Assembly: GCF_030028105.1 (NCBI RefSeq)
Contig: NC_092377.1
Span: forward strand, 4,717,079-4,781,078
From: Mobula birostris
Lineage: Eukaryota
Length of the DNA stretch: 64,000 nt
Reading direction: 5' to 3'
Part shown: positions 12,290-24,400 of the stretch, piece after piece
Numbering within the stretch: position 1 is the stretch's first letter
How the letters are laid out: every line of letters starts with the position of its first letter
Notes under the pieces: generated by a model
What the model was told of the DNA's origin: nothing
What the model saw: only the letters and a program-made list of their open reading frames with translations
Database searches by the model: none
Translations under genes and position numbers: made by a program

Positions 12290-14610
12290 AGACAAAGGAG
12301 AAGTCGGCCATTCGACCCATCGAGTCTGCTCCGCCATTTTATCATGAGCCGATCCATTCTCCTATTTAGTCCCACTCCCCTGCCTTCTCACCATAACCTT
12401 TGATGCCCTGGCTACTCAGATACCTATCAATCTCTGCCTTAAATACACTCAATGACTTGGCCTCCGCTGCTGCCCGTGGCAACAAATTCCATAGATTCAC
12501 CACCCTCTGACTAAAAGAATTTCTTCGCATTTTTGTTCTGAAAGGGCGCCCTTCAATCCTTAAGTCATGCCCTCTCGTACTAGACTCCCCTATCATGGGA
12601 AACAACTTTGCCACATCCACTCTGTCCATGCCTTTTAACATTCGAAATGTTTCTATGAGGTCTCCCCTCATTCTTCTAAACTCCAAGGAATACAGTCCAA
12701 GAACGGACAAACATTCCTCATATGTTAACCCTCTCATTCCTGGAATCATTCTAGTGAATCTTCTCTGTACCCTCTCCAACGTCAGCACATCCTTTCTTAA
12801 ATAAGGAGACCAAACCTGCCCACAGTACTCCAAGTGAGGTCTCACCAGCGCCTTATAGAGCCTCAACATCACATCCCTGCTCCTATACGCTATTCCTCTA
12901 GAAATGAATGCCAACATTGCATTTGCCTTCTTCACTACTGACTCAACCTGGAGGTTAACTTTAAGGGTATCCTGTACGAGGACTCCCAAGTCTGGTTGCA
13001 TCTCAGAACTTTGAATTCTTTCCCCATTTAAATAATAATCTGCCCGTTTATTTTTTCTGCCAAAGTGCATAACCATACACCTTCCAACATTGTACTTCAT
13101 TTGCCACTTCTCTGCCCATTCTTCCAATCTATCCAAGTCTCTCCGTTTCCTCAGCACTACTGGCCCCTCCACCTATCTTCGTATCGTCAGCAAACTTAGC
13201 CACAAAGCCATCTATTCCATAATCCAAATCGTTGATGTACAATGTAAAAAGAAGCGGCCCCAACACGGACCCCTGTGGAACACCACTGGTAACCGGCAGC
13301 CAACCAGAATAAGTTCCCTTTATTCCCACTCTCTGTTTCCTGCCAATCAGCCAACGCTTTATCCACGTATGTAACTTTCCCGTAATTCTATGCCTCATGT
13401 GTGGCACCTTGTCAAAGGCCTTCTGAAAATGCAAATATACAACATCCACTGCATCTCCCTTGTCTAGCCTACTGGTAAATTCCTCAAAAAATTGTAATAG
13501 GTTTGTCAGGCAGGATTTTCCTTTAAGGAATCCATGCTGAGCTCTGCCTGCTTGTCATATGCCTCCAGGTACTCTATAACCTCATCCTTGACAATCGACT
13601 CCAACAACTTCCCAACCACGGATGTCAAGCTAACAGGTCTATAATTTCCTTTCTGCTTCCTTGCCCCCTTCTTAAATAGCAGAGTGACATTTGCAATCTT
13701 CCAGTCTTCCAGAACCATGCCAGAATCTATCGACTTTTGAAAGATCATCGCTAATGCCTCCGCAATCTCCACAGCTACTTCCTTCAGAACACGAGGGTGC
13801 ATTCCATCTGGTCCAGGAGATTTATCTATCTTTAGCCTATTCAGCTTCCTGAGTACTTTCTCTGTCGTAACTGTGACTGCGCACACTTCTCTTCCCTGCC
13901 ACCCTTGAGTGTCTCGTATACTGCTGATGTCTTTCTCGGTGAAGACTGATGCAAAATACTCATTCAGTTCCTCTGCCATCTCCTTATCTCCCATTACAAT
14001 TTCTCCAGCATCATTTTCTATCGGTCCTATATCTACTCTCACCTGTCTTTTACTCTTTATACTTGAAACAGCTTTTAGTATCCTCTTTGATATTATTTGC
14101 TAGCTTCCTTTCATAGTTAATCTTTTCTCTCTTAATGACCTTCTTGGTTTCCTTTTGTAAGGTTTTAAAAACTTCCCAATCCTCTGTCTTCCCACTAATT
14201 TTTGCTTCCTTGTATGCTCTCTCCTTTGCTTTAACTTTGGCTTTGACTTCTCTTGTCAACCATGGCTGCATCCTTTCTCCACTCGAAAGTTTCTTCTTTT
14301 TTGGAATATACCTGTCTTGCAAATTCCTCATTTCTTGCATAAATTCCAGCCACTGCTGCTCTGCTGTCTTTCCCGCCAGTGTCCCTTTCCAGTCAACTTT
14401 GGCCAGTTCCTCTCTCATGCCACTGTAATTTCCTTTACTCCACTGAAATACCGACACATCAGATTTCGGCTTCTCTTTTTCTAATTTCACAGTGAACTCA
14501 ATCATGTTATGATCACTGCCTCCTAATGGTTCCTTCACTCAATCTCTCTAATCACCTCCGGTTCATTACACAATACCCAATCCAGTACAGCCGACACCCT
14601 AGTGGGCTCA
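12290..14610 (-). mobile_element. CR1 LINE ORF2, 5'-truncated (family C)
   Basis: ORFs 12366-13172, 13129-13449, 13506-14042 and 14050-14538 tile CR1 ORF2; CCATAAGA tail near 12290. Confidence 0.95.
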
Positions 14611-14829
14611 ACAACAAGCTGTTCTAAAAAGCCATCTCGCAGACATTCTACAAATTCTCTATCTTGAGATCCTGTGCTGACCTGATTTTCCTCTGGTTCC
14701 AAACACACTTTCCCACTGTCACACTTGATAGGTCCTATTCTTTCATGAATTATCATCTTGCTCTTCACATGCTTGTAGAATGCCTTGGGGTTTTCCTTAA
14801 TCCTGCCCACCAAGGCCTTCTCATGGCCC

Positions 14830-15500
14830 CACTCACAACACGCTGGAGGAACTCAGCAGGTCGGGCAGCATCCATGGAAATGATCAGTCAACGTTTCGGG
14901 CCGAAACCCTTCGTCAGGACTGTAGAGGGAAGGGGCAGAGGCCCTATAAAGAACGTGGGGGGAGGGTGGGAAGGAGAAGGCTGGTAGGTTCCAGGTGAAA
15001 AACCAGTAAGGGGAAATATAAATGGATGGGGGAGTGGAAGCAGGGAGGTGATAAGCAGGAAAGGTGAAGAAGGAATAGGGGAAAACACAATGGGTAGTAG
15101 AAGGAGGCAGAACCATGAGGGAGGTGATAGGCAGCTGGGGGAGGGGCCAGAGTGAAACTGGGATAGGGGAGGGAGGGGGACGGAATTACCAGAAGTTGGA
15201 GAATTCTATGTTCATACCAAGGGGCTGGAGACTACCTAGATGGTATATGAGGTGTTGCTCCTCCAACCTGAGTTTAGCCTCATCATGGCAGTAGAGGAGG
15301 CTATGTATGGACATATCCGAATGGGAATGGGAAGCAGAGTTGAAGTGGGTGGCAACCGGGAGATCCTGTCTGTTGTGGCTGACGGAGCGGAGGTGCTCGA
15401 CAAAGCGGTCCCCCAATTTGCGTCGGGTTTCACTGATATAGAGGAGGCCGCACCGGGAGCACCGGATGCAATACGTGACCCCAGTTTGAACCCAGCATCT
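14830..15500 (-). mobile_element. Penelope-like element 3' part with GIY-YIG endonuclease remnant
   Basis: YCIRCSRCGLLYISETRRKLGDRFVEHLRSV...PVATHFNSASHSHSD...EEQHLIYHLGSLQPLGMNIEF. Confidence 0.85.
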
Positions 15501-15549
15501 GCAGAGTATTTTGTGTTTACTTCTCATGGCCCCTTCTGGCTCTCCTAAT

Positions 15550-17265
15550 TTCCTTCTTAAGCTCCTTCCTATCAGCCTTATAATCTTCTAGATCTCTAAT
15601 ATTACCTAGCTCTCTAAACCTTTTCTAAGCTTTTCTTTTCTTCTTGACTAGATTTATTAAAACCTTTATATACCACGGTTCTTGTACCTTACCATAACTT
15701 CCCTGTCTCTTTGGAATGTGCCTACGCAGAACTCCACACAAATATCCCCAGAACAGTTGCACATATCTTCTGTACTTTCCCCTGAGAACATCTGTTTCCA
15801 ATTTAAGCTTCCAATTTCCTGCCTGATAGCCTCATATTTCCCCTTACTCCGATATTTGTATGTTCTTATCTCTCTCCAATGCTATTGTAAAGGAGATAGA
15901 ATTATGATCACTATCTCCAAAATGCTCTCCCACTGAGAGACCTGACACCTGACCAGGTTCATTTCCCAATACCAAATCAAGTACAGTCTCTCCTCTTGTA
16001 GGCTTATCTACATATTGTGTCAAGGAACCTTCCTGAACACACCTAACAAACTCCACCCCATCTAAACCACTTGCTCTAGGGAGAAGCCAATCGATATTAG
16101 GGAAATTAAAATCTCCCGTCACGACAACTCAGTTATTATTACACCTTTCCAAGATCTGTTTCCCTATCTGCTCCTCGATATCCTTGTTACTATTGGGTGG
16201 CCTATAAAAAACACCCAGTAGAGTTATTGACCCCCTTCCTCTTCCTAACCTCCACCCAGAGACTCCGTAGACAATCCCTCCATGACGTCCACCTTTTCTG
16301 CAGCCGTCACACTATCTCTGATCAACAGTGCCACGCCCCCACCTCTTTTGCCTCCCTTCCTGTCTTTTCTGAAACATCTAAAACCCAGCACTTGAAGTAA
16401 CCATTCCTGTTCCTGAGCCATCCAAGTCTCTGTAATGGCCACCACATCATATCTCCAAGTACTGATCCATGCTGTAAGCTCATCCGCTTTGTTCACAACA
16501 TTCCTTGCGTTAAAATAGACACATCTCAAACCTTCGGTCTGAGCGCATCCCTTCTCAATCACCTTCCTATCCTCCCTCTCGCACTGTCAACATCTTTCTC
16601 TATTTGTGAGCCAACCTCCTCTTCCCCAGTCTCTTCAGTTCAGTTCCCACCCCCCAACAATCCTAGTTTAAACTCTCCCCAGTAGCCTTAGCAAACCTCC
16701 CCACCAGGATATTGTTCCCCCTGGGATTCAAGTGCGACTCATCCTTCTTTTTCACACGTAACACCTGCCCAAAAAGAGGTGCCAATGATCCAGAAATCTG
16801 AATCCCTGCCCACTGCTCCAATCCCTCAGCCACGCATTTATCCTCCACCTCATTCTATTCCTATTCTCACTGTCACGTGGCACAGGCAGTAATCCCGAGA
16901 TTACTACCTTTGCAGTCCTGTTTCTCAACTTCCTTCGTAACTCCCTGTAGCTTGTTTTCAGGACCTCTTCCCTTTTCCTACCTATGTCATTGGTACCAAT
17001 ATGTACCATGACCTCTGGCTGTTCTTCCTCCCACTGCAGGATATCTTGGACGCGATCCAAAACATCCCAGACACTGGCACCTGGGGGAGGCAAACTACCA
17101 TCTGTTTCCTTCCTGCGTCCACAGAATCATCTGTCTGACCCCCTAACTATAGAGTCCCCTATCACTACTGCCTTCCTCTTCCTTTCCCTACCCTTCTGAG
17201 CCATAGGGCCAGAATCTGTGCCAGAGGCACGGCCACTGTCACTTCCCCCAGGTAGGCCGTCCCTC
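15550..17265 (-). mobile_element. CR1 ORF1 (esterase-like) and ORF2 endonuclease fragment
   Basis: VIGDSIVRGSDR, VHIGTNDIGR, YFNARNVVNKADEL and MTGDFNFPNIDW motifs; cut off at about 17265, just upstream of the V2 leader-like segment. Confidence 0.9.
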
Positions 17266-17277
17266 TCGGCTTTCAGT

Positions 17278-17321
17278 GGAATTCTGCAGACAGTGTTTGT
17301 TCTCGCCACCTCTGTGTCTCA
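17278..17321 (+). pseudogene. Possible degenerate signal-peptide exon of the V2 gene
   Basis: GILQTVFVLATSVS is hydrophobic, with GTAACA at 17322 and a 91-nt gap to the V2 acceptor. There is no ATG, and in this frame the donor is phase 2 while the V2 acceptor is phase 1. Confidence 0.4.
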
Positions 17322-17412
17322 GTAACATTGTTCAAGACCACGTTCCCCACACAGCAACTCCATCCAACTACCCCTCAAGCTGGGTTTAAAGTGATGATAT
17401 TCTCCCTTTCAG

Positions 17413-17757
17413 GTGCAGTCGTTCCTGTCCTTATCCAGTCCCCGAGCATACAGCGTGTCACTGAGGGTCACACGGCGTGGTTATGGTGTACCATGAGAAA
17501 CGCCAGGCTGGAAGACACCGACGTCCACTGGTATCAGAAACTGCCTGGGCAGGACATGGAGTGGGTTTTAACACACAGGGCAGGAGGCAGCCCAGAGTGG
17601 GGACAGGGTTTCACTGGGAGGTTTCTGCCCTACAGAGACACGTCCAACAGCAGCTTCACCCTAATAGTCACAGACGTGGTGCACAATGATTCTGCCGTCT
17701 ATTACTGCAGAGTGCGGGGAGGCATCAATGGGAACGGCACCCAGCTCATCGTAACCA
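17413..17757 (+). CDS. Ig V-set exon with germline-joined J-like segment (V2), phase 1/1
   Basis: Acceptor TCTCCCTTTCAG ends 17412; donor GTGAGT at 17758; 345 nt open. AVVPVLIQSPSIQRVTEGHTAWLWC...DVHWYQKLPG...GRFLPYRDTSNSSFTLIVTDVVHNDSAVYYCRVRGGINGNGTQLIVT. Confidence 0.95.
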
Positions 17758-18825
17758 GTGAGTACAAGTTCTATTTATTCAGCAGTGTGTTCCTGAATGG
17801 ATTTATTAGATATAGTAAGCACGACGTTGTGTGTGGAAAGTCACATTCAATCAGCTTGACTGAGTTTTCTGAGGAGCTGAAGAAGATAATGAAGGATTGG
17901 GAAGTGGATGTTGTCTACGTTAACGTTAGTAAATCTTTCAATCATGTGACACGGCAATGTAGCGGTTTGCATAATGACTTACAGAGATAGTGATCGAGGT
18001 TCAAATCCTACAAAATACTGGAGGAACTCAGCAGGCCAGGCAGCATCTATAGAAATGAGCACAGTCCAGAGAACAAAGAATGGGAAGAGAGGGTGATTGT
18101 CTGGCTGGAAGACTGTCAGTAGTGACTAGGATCAGGGCTGTGCCCCAGCTCCAACAATCTGTATCGATGAGGGGACCAAGTGTATCCAAGCCTGTCGGGG
18201 ATGCAGAGGTGCTGGCAGGGTGATTGGTCAGGAGGATGCAGAGACGTACGGGGATGTCGACACACGGAGTGAATGTGCAAGGTGAAGACAGTTAGAATAT
18301 CATGTGGACAAATGTGAGATCATTCTCTTGGTAGGAAAAATAGAAACAAAGAGTAATTTCTGAATGGAGAGAGACTGAGGGATATTCATGTCCTGGGGAA
18401 TCTGGGTGGCCTCGTACACAAAGATCAAACCCAGCAGGCAGGTACAACTGGTGATTCGGAAAGGAACCCCTTGTCCATTATTGTGGGACAGATTTGAGTA
18501 CAAGAGTAACGATGCCTTACTGGAATTATGGTCTCCAGTGAGACGGCAACAAGAAACAGGAAGTCTCTGAGGGTCGTGCTTTATTCAGTCACCCACTGGG
18601 TCAGTTGGTACAAGCAGGTGGAACAGCATCATTCCTTCAGGGATTGGGTAAATATTTGGAAAGGACATTTCACAGGACTCTGGGGAATGAGGGGACTGGG
18701 ATCAGTGAGCATCTTTTTCAAAGAGCTGGCACAGGAGGATGGGCTGAATGGATTCCTTCTACACTGACAGTGAGCTTCCCAGATGTTTACCCACTGATGT
18801 GATTTCCTTTCCGTTCCTCAAACAG

Positions 18826-18945
18826 AGATGTCCCGAGCCCCATCGTACCTGGCCTGGCTCATTCTGGCTGTCGTGCTGGGAGTTCTCGCTGTCACTGGAG
18901 GCATTTTCCTCATCAGACGCAGAGCGTTTAGAAACCACCCGTCCC
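18826..18945 (+). CDS. Transmembrane exon of the V2 receptor
   Basis: Acceptor CCGTTCCTCAAACAG, donor GTACGT at 18946, phase 1/1. (K)MSRAPS-YLAWLILAVVLGVLAVTGGIFLI-RRRAFRNHPS: 23-aa uncharged helix followed by a basic stop-transfer. Confidence 0.9.
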
Positions 18946-19111
18946 GTACGTGTGACTAAATGGTTCATTCTGATCCCATTGTTGTGTGGGGTTATTAAAA
19001 TGTGAAGGTCGGGGACTGATTGTGAAAGAGCCCGTCGTTGTGTTGTGACAGCAATGTGGGACTCACAGCTCGGAGACGGCTGTTACTGACACTTTATACT
19101 CTATTTCACAG

Positions 19112-19185
19112 ACCCACCCACAGAAACTGATCACCGGAGCCCAGGGGTAGATTATGAAAATGTTTCCATGGCCAGGGATGTCCCG
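19112..19185 (+). CDS. Cytoplasmic exon 1, with VDYENV (ITIM-like / YxN)
   Basis: Acceptor CTCTATTTCACAG, donor GTGAGT at 19186, phase 1/0; (H)PPTETDHRSPGVDYENVSMARDVP. Confidence 0.88.
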
Positions 19186-20009
19186 GTGAGTTCTGATGCT
19201 TTTCTCAGATGAGTAGAATTGTGTGAGGGTCGCTCTGGTATGTTCTTGGCTTCTTACATCAGGGATATTCCCCAGTGACATTGTGGTTCATTGAATATTT
19301 CTGCAATGTCTGAATGATCTGCAAATGTATGTGGTGTAACTGTTCCTGGATATTGACCACAGACCATACAGCAGTACAGCACAGAAACAGGCCCTTCTGC
19401 CCATCATGGCGGGAGGGGAGGGGGCATAAGCTAGAAGGTGATAGGTGAAGCCAAGTGAGTGGGGGAGGAGGATGCAGTGAGTAGCTGAGTGGTGTCAGTG
19501 GAAAAGTTAAAAGACTGAAGACACACAGGAAAAGGTGATAGTCAAATAAAGAGGTAAGAAGAGAGCCAGAGTGGGGAACGGAAGAAGAGGGAAGGAGGAT
19601 GTGAGAATTTACTGGAATATGGAGAAATCATTGATCTAGCTATCAGTTTTGAGTCTGCCCAGATGGAATATGAGGTGTTTCTCCTTCAACCTGAGAGCAG
19701 CCTCATCATTGTAGTAAAGACAGCCATGGATCAACATGTTGGAATTGGAATGGGGATTGGAATCAAAGATGAGAGGACAGAAGGCAATGGAAGAAAGGAA
19801 CATGGGAGGATCACCAGAGGGAGCAAATGGGCAGGTAAGGAGGTAAATAGGAATGGGGAATGGTGAATGAGTGGGGCATTACAGTACTTTTTTCCATAGA
19901 TGCTGCCTGACCTGCTGAGTTCCTCCAGAACTTTGTGTCTCTTACTTGGATTTCCAGCATCTGCAGATTTTTCTCTTGTTTGTAATGATTCAGTTGCGTT
20001 CTGTTGTAG

Positions 20010-20051
20010 GGTTCAGGAGGTCACCAGGTCGATTCAAACAACACCTACATG
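20010..20051 (+). CDS. Cytoplasmic exon 2 (first part of ITAM)
   Basis: Acceptor TTCTGTTGTAG, donor GTAAGG at 20052, phase 0/0; GSGGHQVDSNNTYM. Confidence 0.85.
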
Positions 20052-20141
20052 GTAAGGAAGGTCACCTCTGGAACATTGAAGCTTTTTCCACAGCATGAGC
20101 TGTCAAGCTGTTGTTCACACCATTTCTGTTTTCTCTACTAG

Positions 20142-20184
20142 GCTCTGCAACATCCCACTCAGTCCATCTACGGTCATCTCCAAG
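20142..20184 (+). CDS. Cytoplasmic exon 3 (rest of ITAM)
   Basis: Acceptor TTTTCTCTACTAG, donor GTACGT at 20185, phase 0/1; ALQHPTQSIYGHLQ completes YMAL-x7-YGHL. Confidence 0.87.
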
Positions 20185-20779
20185 GTACGTTGCAACATCT
20201 TTGGACAGGCCGGCTAAACCATATCAACTGCTGTGGAAGTGGTGAGACTGGAGAAGTCTTTATACAGGAACAGCCAGTGAGCAATGAGCCCCGTGTGGTG
20301 ATGGATCAGCGGCAGCTCAGTCTGATCACCAATTGGACCAGGGTGTGAATTCACACCTTTTACTGAATCAGGTCACTCAGCCATGCACAGACATCCTCAC
20401 AGTCCTGGTAAAGCTGAGTGTCTAAAAGACCCAGTGCTGTTCATCACCTCCATTGGTTTCAAGGCTGAGCAAGTGTTGTCCCTGATTTTTCCAGCAGGAT
20501 CTGTTACATGAGTTGCTGGAATTTGGAAGTTGATGCCCAAGGCAAAACTCCCACCCACACACCCCGTCCTCTTCTGGACCCATCAGTAATTCCTCATGGT
20601 TTCAGAGAAAGGATATCCATCCCTGAGCAAGCTCATAGTGTCATCTGAACGAGATCTACTGGCGAGATGAGGCAGAGTTCAATGTTCTCGGCCATTTGCA
20701 CAATTAGATTGCAGTGCTCTCAGTATAGACATGTTTAGAAGAGTTCATTTTCATGTTCAAGTTTCTTCAAGCCAGTCTA

Positions 20780-21190
20780 TGGTGTCCTGGTATCAGCACC
20801 GGACTTCAATCCGCTCCCAGGTTTGAATCTGTCCGGTACCTGGCACACTTCCTGTCTGTGCTCAGTGGAGTGCTGAGCTGTCAACTCAAACTCATGAAAA
20901 CAGATAAATGTTAACGAAATGGCTGGATTGCCACCCGATGCACCACAAGGCATGGAGAGGAAGCACAACCAGGTGTATTCAAGACCCCGATGGCAGTGGG
21001 AAAGAAGCTGTTGTTGTACCTCGATGTGTGTAACTTCAGGCTCCTGTACCTGCTGCCTGAAGATGGCATTAAGTAGCGGATATGGCCCGGATGGTGGGGT
21101 TCTCTGATGGATGGCACCTTCCTGAGACATCATTCCTTGTAGATGCTCTCAATGGTGGGAAGAGTTGTACTCATGATGGAACTGGTTGAG
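20780..21190 (-). mobile_element. Rex1/Babar- or L2-type LINE 3' fragment
   Basis: SIREPHHPGH...SGSRYRSLKLHTSRYNNSFFPTAIGVLN is the typical C-terminus of this LINE group. Confidence 0.75.
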
Positions 21191-21404
21191 TCCTGGACTC
21201 TCTGTAGACTCTTGTGTTCCTGTGTACTGGAGATCCCACACCAAAACGTGGTAAAACTAGGTGTGATATCACTGAATCCCTTGTGTTCCTGTTTACTGGA
21301 GATCCCACCCAGAATGTGATACAAGAGGAGCTGCCAATGTCAATGGAGTCCACTCTCATGGATGCAGAGAAACCATTTGTTCCATGGGGAATCCAGAACA
21401 TGGG

Positions 21405-24400
21405 GCATAGAAACATAGAAAATAGGTGCAGGAGTAGGCCATTCGGCCCTTCAAGCCTGCACCACCATTCAGTATGATCATGGCTGATCATCCAACTCAG
21501 AACCCTGTACCGGCCTTCCCTCCATACCCCATGATCCCTTTAGCCACAAGGGCCATATGTAACTCCCTCTTAAATATAGCCAATGAACTGGCCTCAACTG
21601 TTTCCTGTGGCAGAGAATTCCACAGATTCACCACTCTCTGTGTGAAGAAGTTTTTCCTCATCTCGGTCCTAAAAGGCTTCCCCTTTATCCTCAAACTGTG
21701 ACCCCTCGTTCTGGACTTCCCCAACATCGGGAACAATCTTCCTGCATCTAGCCTGTCTAATCCATTTAGGATTTTATACGTTTCAATCAGATCCCCCCTC
21801 AATCTTCTAAATTCCAACGAGTATAAGCCTAGTTCATCCAGTCTTTCATCATATGAAAGTCCTGCCATCCCAGGAATCAATCTGGTGAACATTCTTTGTA
21901 CTCTCTCTATGGCAAGGATGTCTTTCCTCAGATTAGGGGACCAAAACTGCACACAATACTCCAGGTGTGGTCTCACCAAGGCCTTGTACAACTGCAGTAG
22001 TACCTCCCTGCTCCTGTACTCGAATCCTTTTGCTATAAATGCCAGCATACCATTTGCCTTTTTCACCGCCTGCTGTACCTGCATGCCCACTTTCAATGAC
22101 CGGTGTATAATGACACCCAGGTCTCATTGCACCTCCCCTTTTCCTAATTGGCCACCATTCAGATAATAATCTGTTTTCCTGTTTTTGCCACCAAAGTGGA
22201 TAACTTCACATTTATCCACATTAAATTGCATCTGCCATGAATTTGCCCACTCACCTAATCTATCCAAGTCACCCTGCATCCTTTTAGCATCCTCCTCACA
22301 GCTAACACTGCCGCCCAGCTTCGTGTCATCCGCAAACTTAGAGATGCTGCATTTAATTCCCTCATCCAAGTCATTAATATATATTGTAAACAACTGGGGT
22401 CCCAGCACTGAGCCTTGCGGTACCCCACTAGTCACTGCCTGCCATTCTGAAAAGGTCCCGTTTATTCCCACTCTTTGCTTCCTGTCTGCCAACCAATTCT
22501 CTATCCACATCAATACCTTACTCCAATACCGTGTGCTTTAAGTTTGCACACTAATCTCCTGTGTGGGACCTTGTCAAAAGCCTTTTGAAAATCCAAATAT
22601 ACCACATCCACTGGTTCTCCCCTATCCATTCTACTAGTTACATCATCAAAAAATTCTATGAGATTCGTCAGACATGATTTTCCTTTCACAAATCCATGCT
22701 GACTTTGTCCGATGATTTCACCGCTTTCCAAATGTGCTATTATCACATCTTTGATAACTGACTCTAGCAGTTTCCCCACCACCGATGTCAGGCTAACCGG
22801 TCTATAATTCCCTGGTTTCTCTCTCCCTCCTTTTTTAAAAAGTGGGGTTACATTAGCCACCCTCCAATCCTCAGGAACTAGTCCAGAATCTAAAGAGTTT
22901 TGAAAAATTATCACTAATGCATCCACTATTTCTTGCGCTACTTCCTTAAGCACTCTGGGATGCAGACCATCTGGCCCTGGGGATTTATCTGCCTTTAATC
23001 CCTTCAATTTACCTAACACCACTTCCCTACTAACATGTATTTCCCTCAGTTCCTCTATCTCACTGGACCCTCTGTCCCCTACTATTTCTGGAAGATTATT
23101 TATGTCCTCCTTAGTGAAGACAGAACCAAAGTAATTATTCAATTGGTCTGCCATGTCCTTGCTCCCCATAATCAATTCACCTGTTTCTGTCTGTAGGGGA
23201 CCTACATTTGCCTTAACCGATCTTTTTCTTTTCACATATCTATAAAAGCTTTTACAGTCAGTTTTTATGTTCCCTGCCAGTTTTCTCTCATAATCTTTTT
23301 TCCCCTTCCTAATTAAGCCCTTTGCCCTCCTCTGCTGAACTCTGAATTTCTCCCAGTCCTCAGGTGAGCCACTTTTTCTAGCTAATTTGTATGCTTCTTC
23401 TTTGGAATTGATACTATCCCTAATTTCCCTTGTCAGCCACGGGTGCACTACCTTCCTTGATTTATTCTTTTGCCGAACTGGGATGAACAATTGTTGTAGT
23501 TCATCCATGCGATCTTTAAATGCTTGCCATTGCATATCCACCGTCAACCCTTTAAGTGTCATTTGCCAGTCTATCTTAGCTAATTCACGTCTTATACCTT
23601 CAAAGTTACCCTTCTTTAAGTTCAGAACCTTTGTTTCTGAATTAACTATGTCACTCTCCATCGTAATGAAGAATTCCACCATATTATGGTCACTCTTACC
23701 CAAGGGGCCTCCCACGACAAGATTGCTAATTAACCCTTCCTCATTGATCAATACCCAGTCTAGAATAGCCTGCTCTCTAGTTGGTTCCTCGACATGTTGG
23801 TTCAAAAAACCATCCCGCATACATTCCAAGAAATCCTCTTCCTCAGCACCCTTACCAATTTGGTTCACCCAATCTACATGTAGATTGAAGTCACCCATTA
23901 TAACTGCTGTTCTTTTATTGCACACATTTCTAATTTCCTGTTTAATGCCATCCCCAACCTCACTACTACTGTTAGGTGGCCTGTACACAACTCCCACCAG
24001 CGTTTTCTGCCCCTTAGTGTTATGCAGCTCTACCCATATCGATTCCACATTCTCCCGGCTTATGTCCTTCCTTTCTATTGCGTTAATCTCCTATCTAACC
24101 AGCAACGCCACCCCACCTCCTTTTCTTTCATGTCTATCCCTCCTGAATATTGAATATCCCTGAATGTTGAACTCCCATCCTTGGTCACGCCTGCGCCAAG
24201 AGAGGTCCCAATGATCCAAAAACTTGAATCCCTGCCCCCTGCTCCAATCCCTCAGCCACGCATTTATTCTCCACCTCATCGCATTCCTACTCTCACTGTC
24301 ACGTGGCACAGGCAGTAATCCCGAGATTAATAATCTCGGGATTACTGCCTGTGCCACGTGACAGTGAGAGTGGCAAGCATTTAAAACTCCCTTCCTAGCT

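Noticed and set aside
1784-17757. Rearranging Ig/TCR V segments
   Set aside because: No heptamer-spacer-nonamer RSS after either V, J-like motifs are already fused, and no constant-domain exon was found.
17758-17990. C-terminal extensions of ORFs 17328-17990 and 1807-2265
   Set aside because: Read-through past strong GT donors into intron or CR1 sequence.
20185-20350. Open read-through after the ITAM exon (GTLQHLWTGRLNH...)
   Set aside because: A good GTACGT donor at 20185 makes splicing more likely; kept only as a possible intron-retention isoform.
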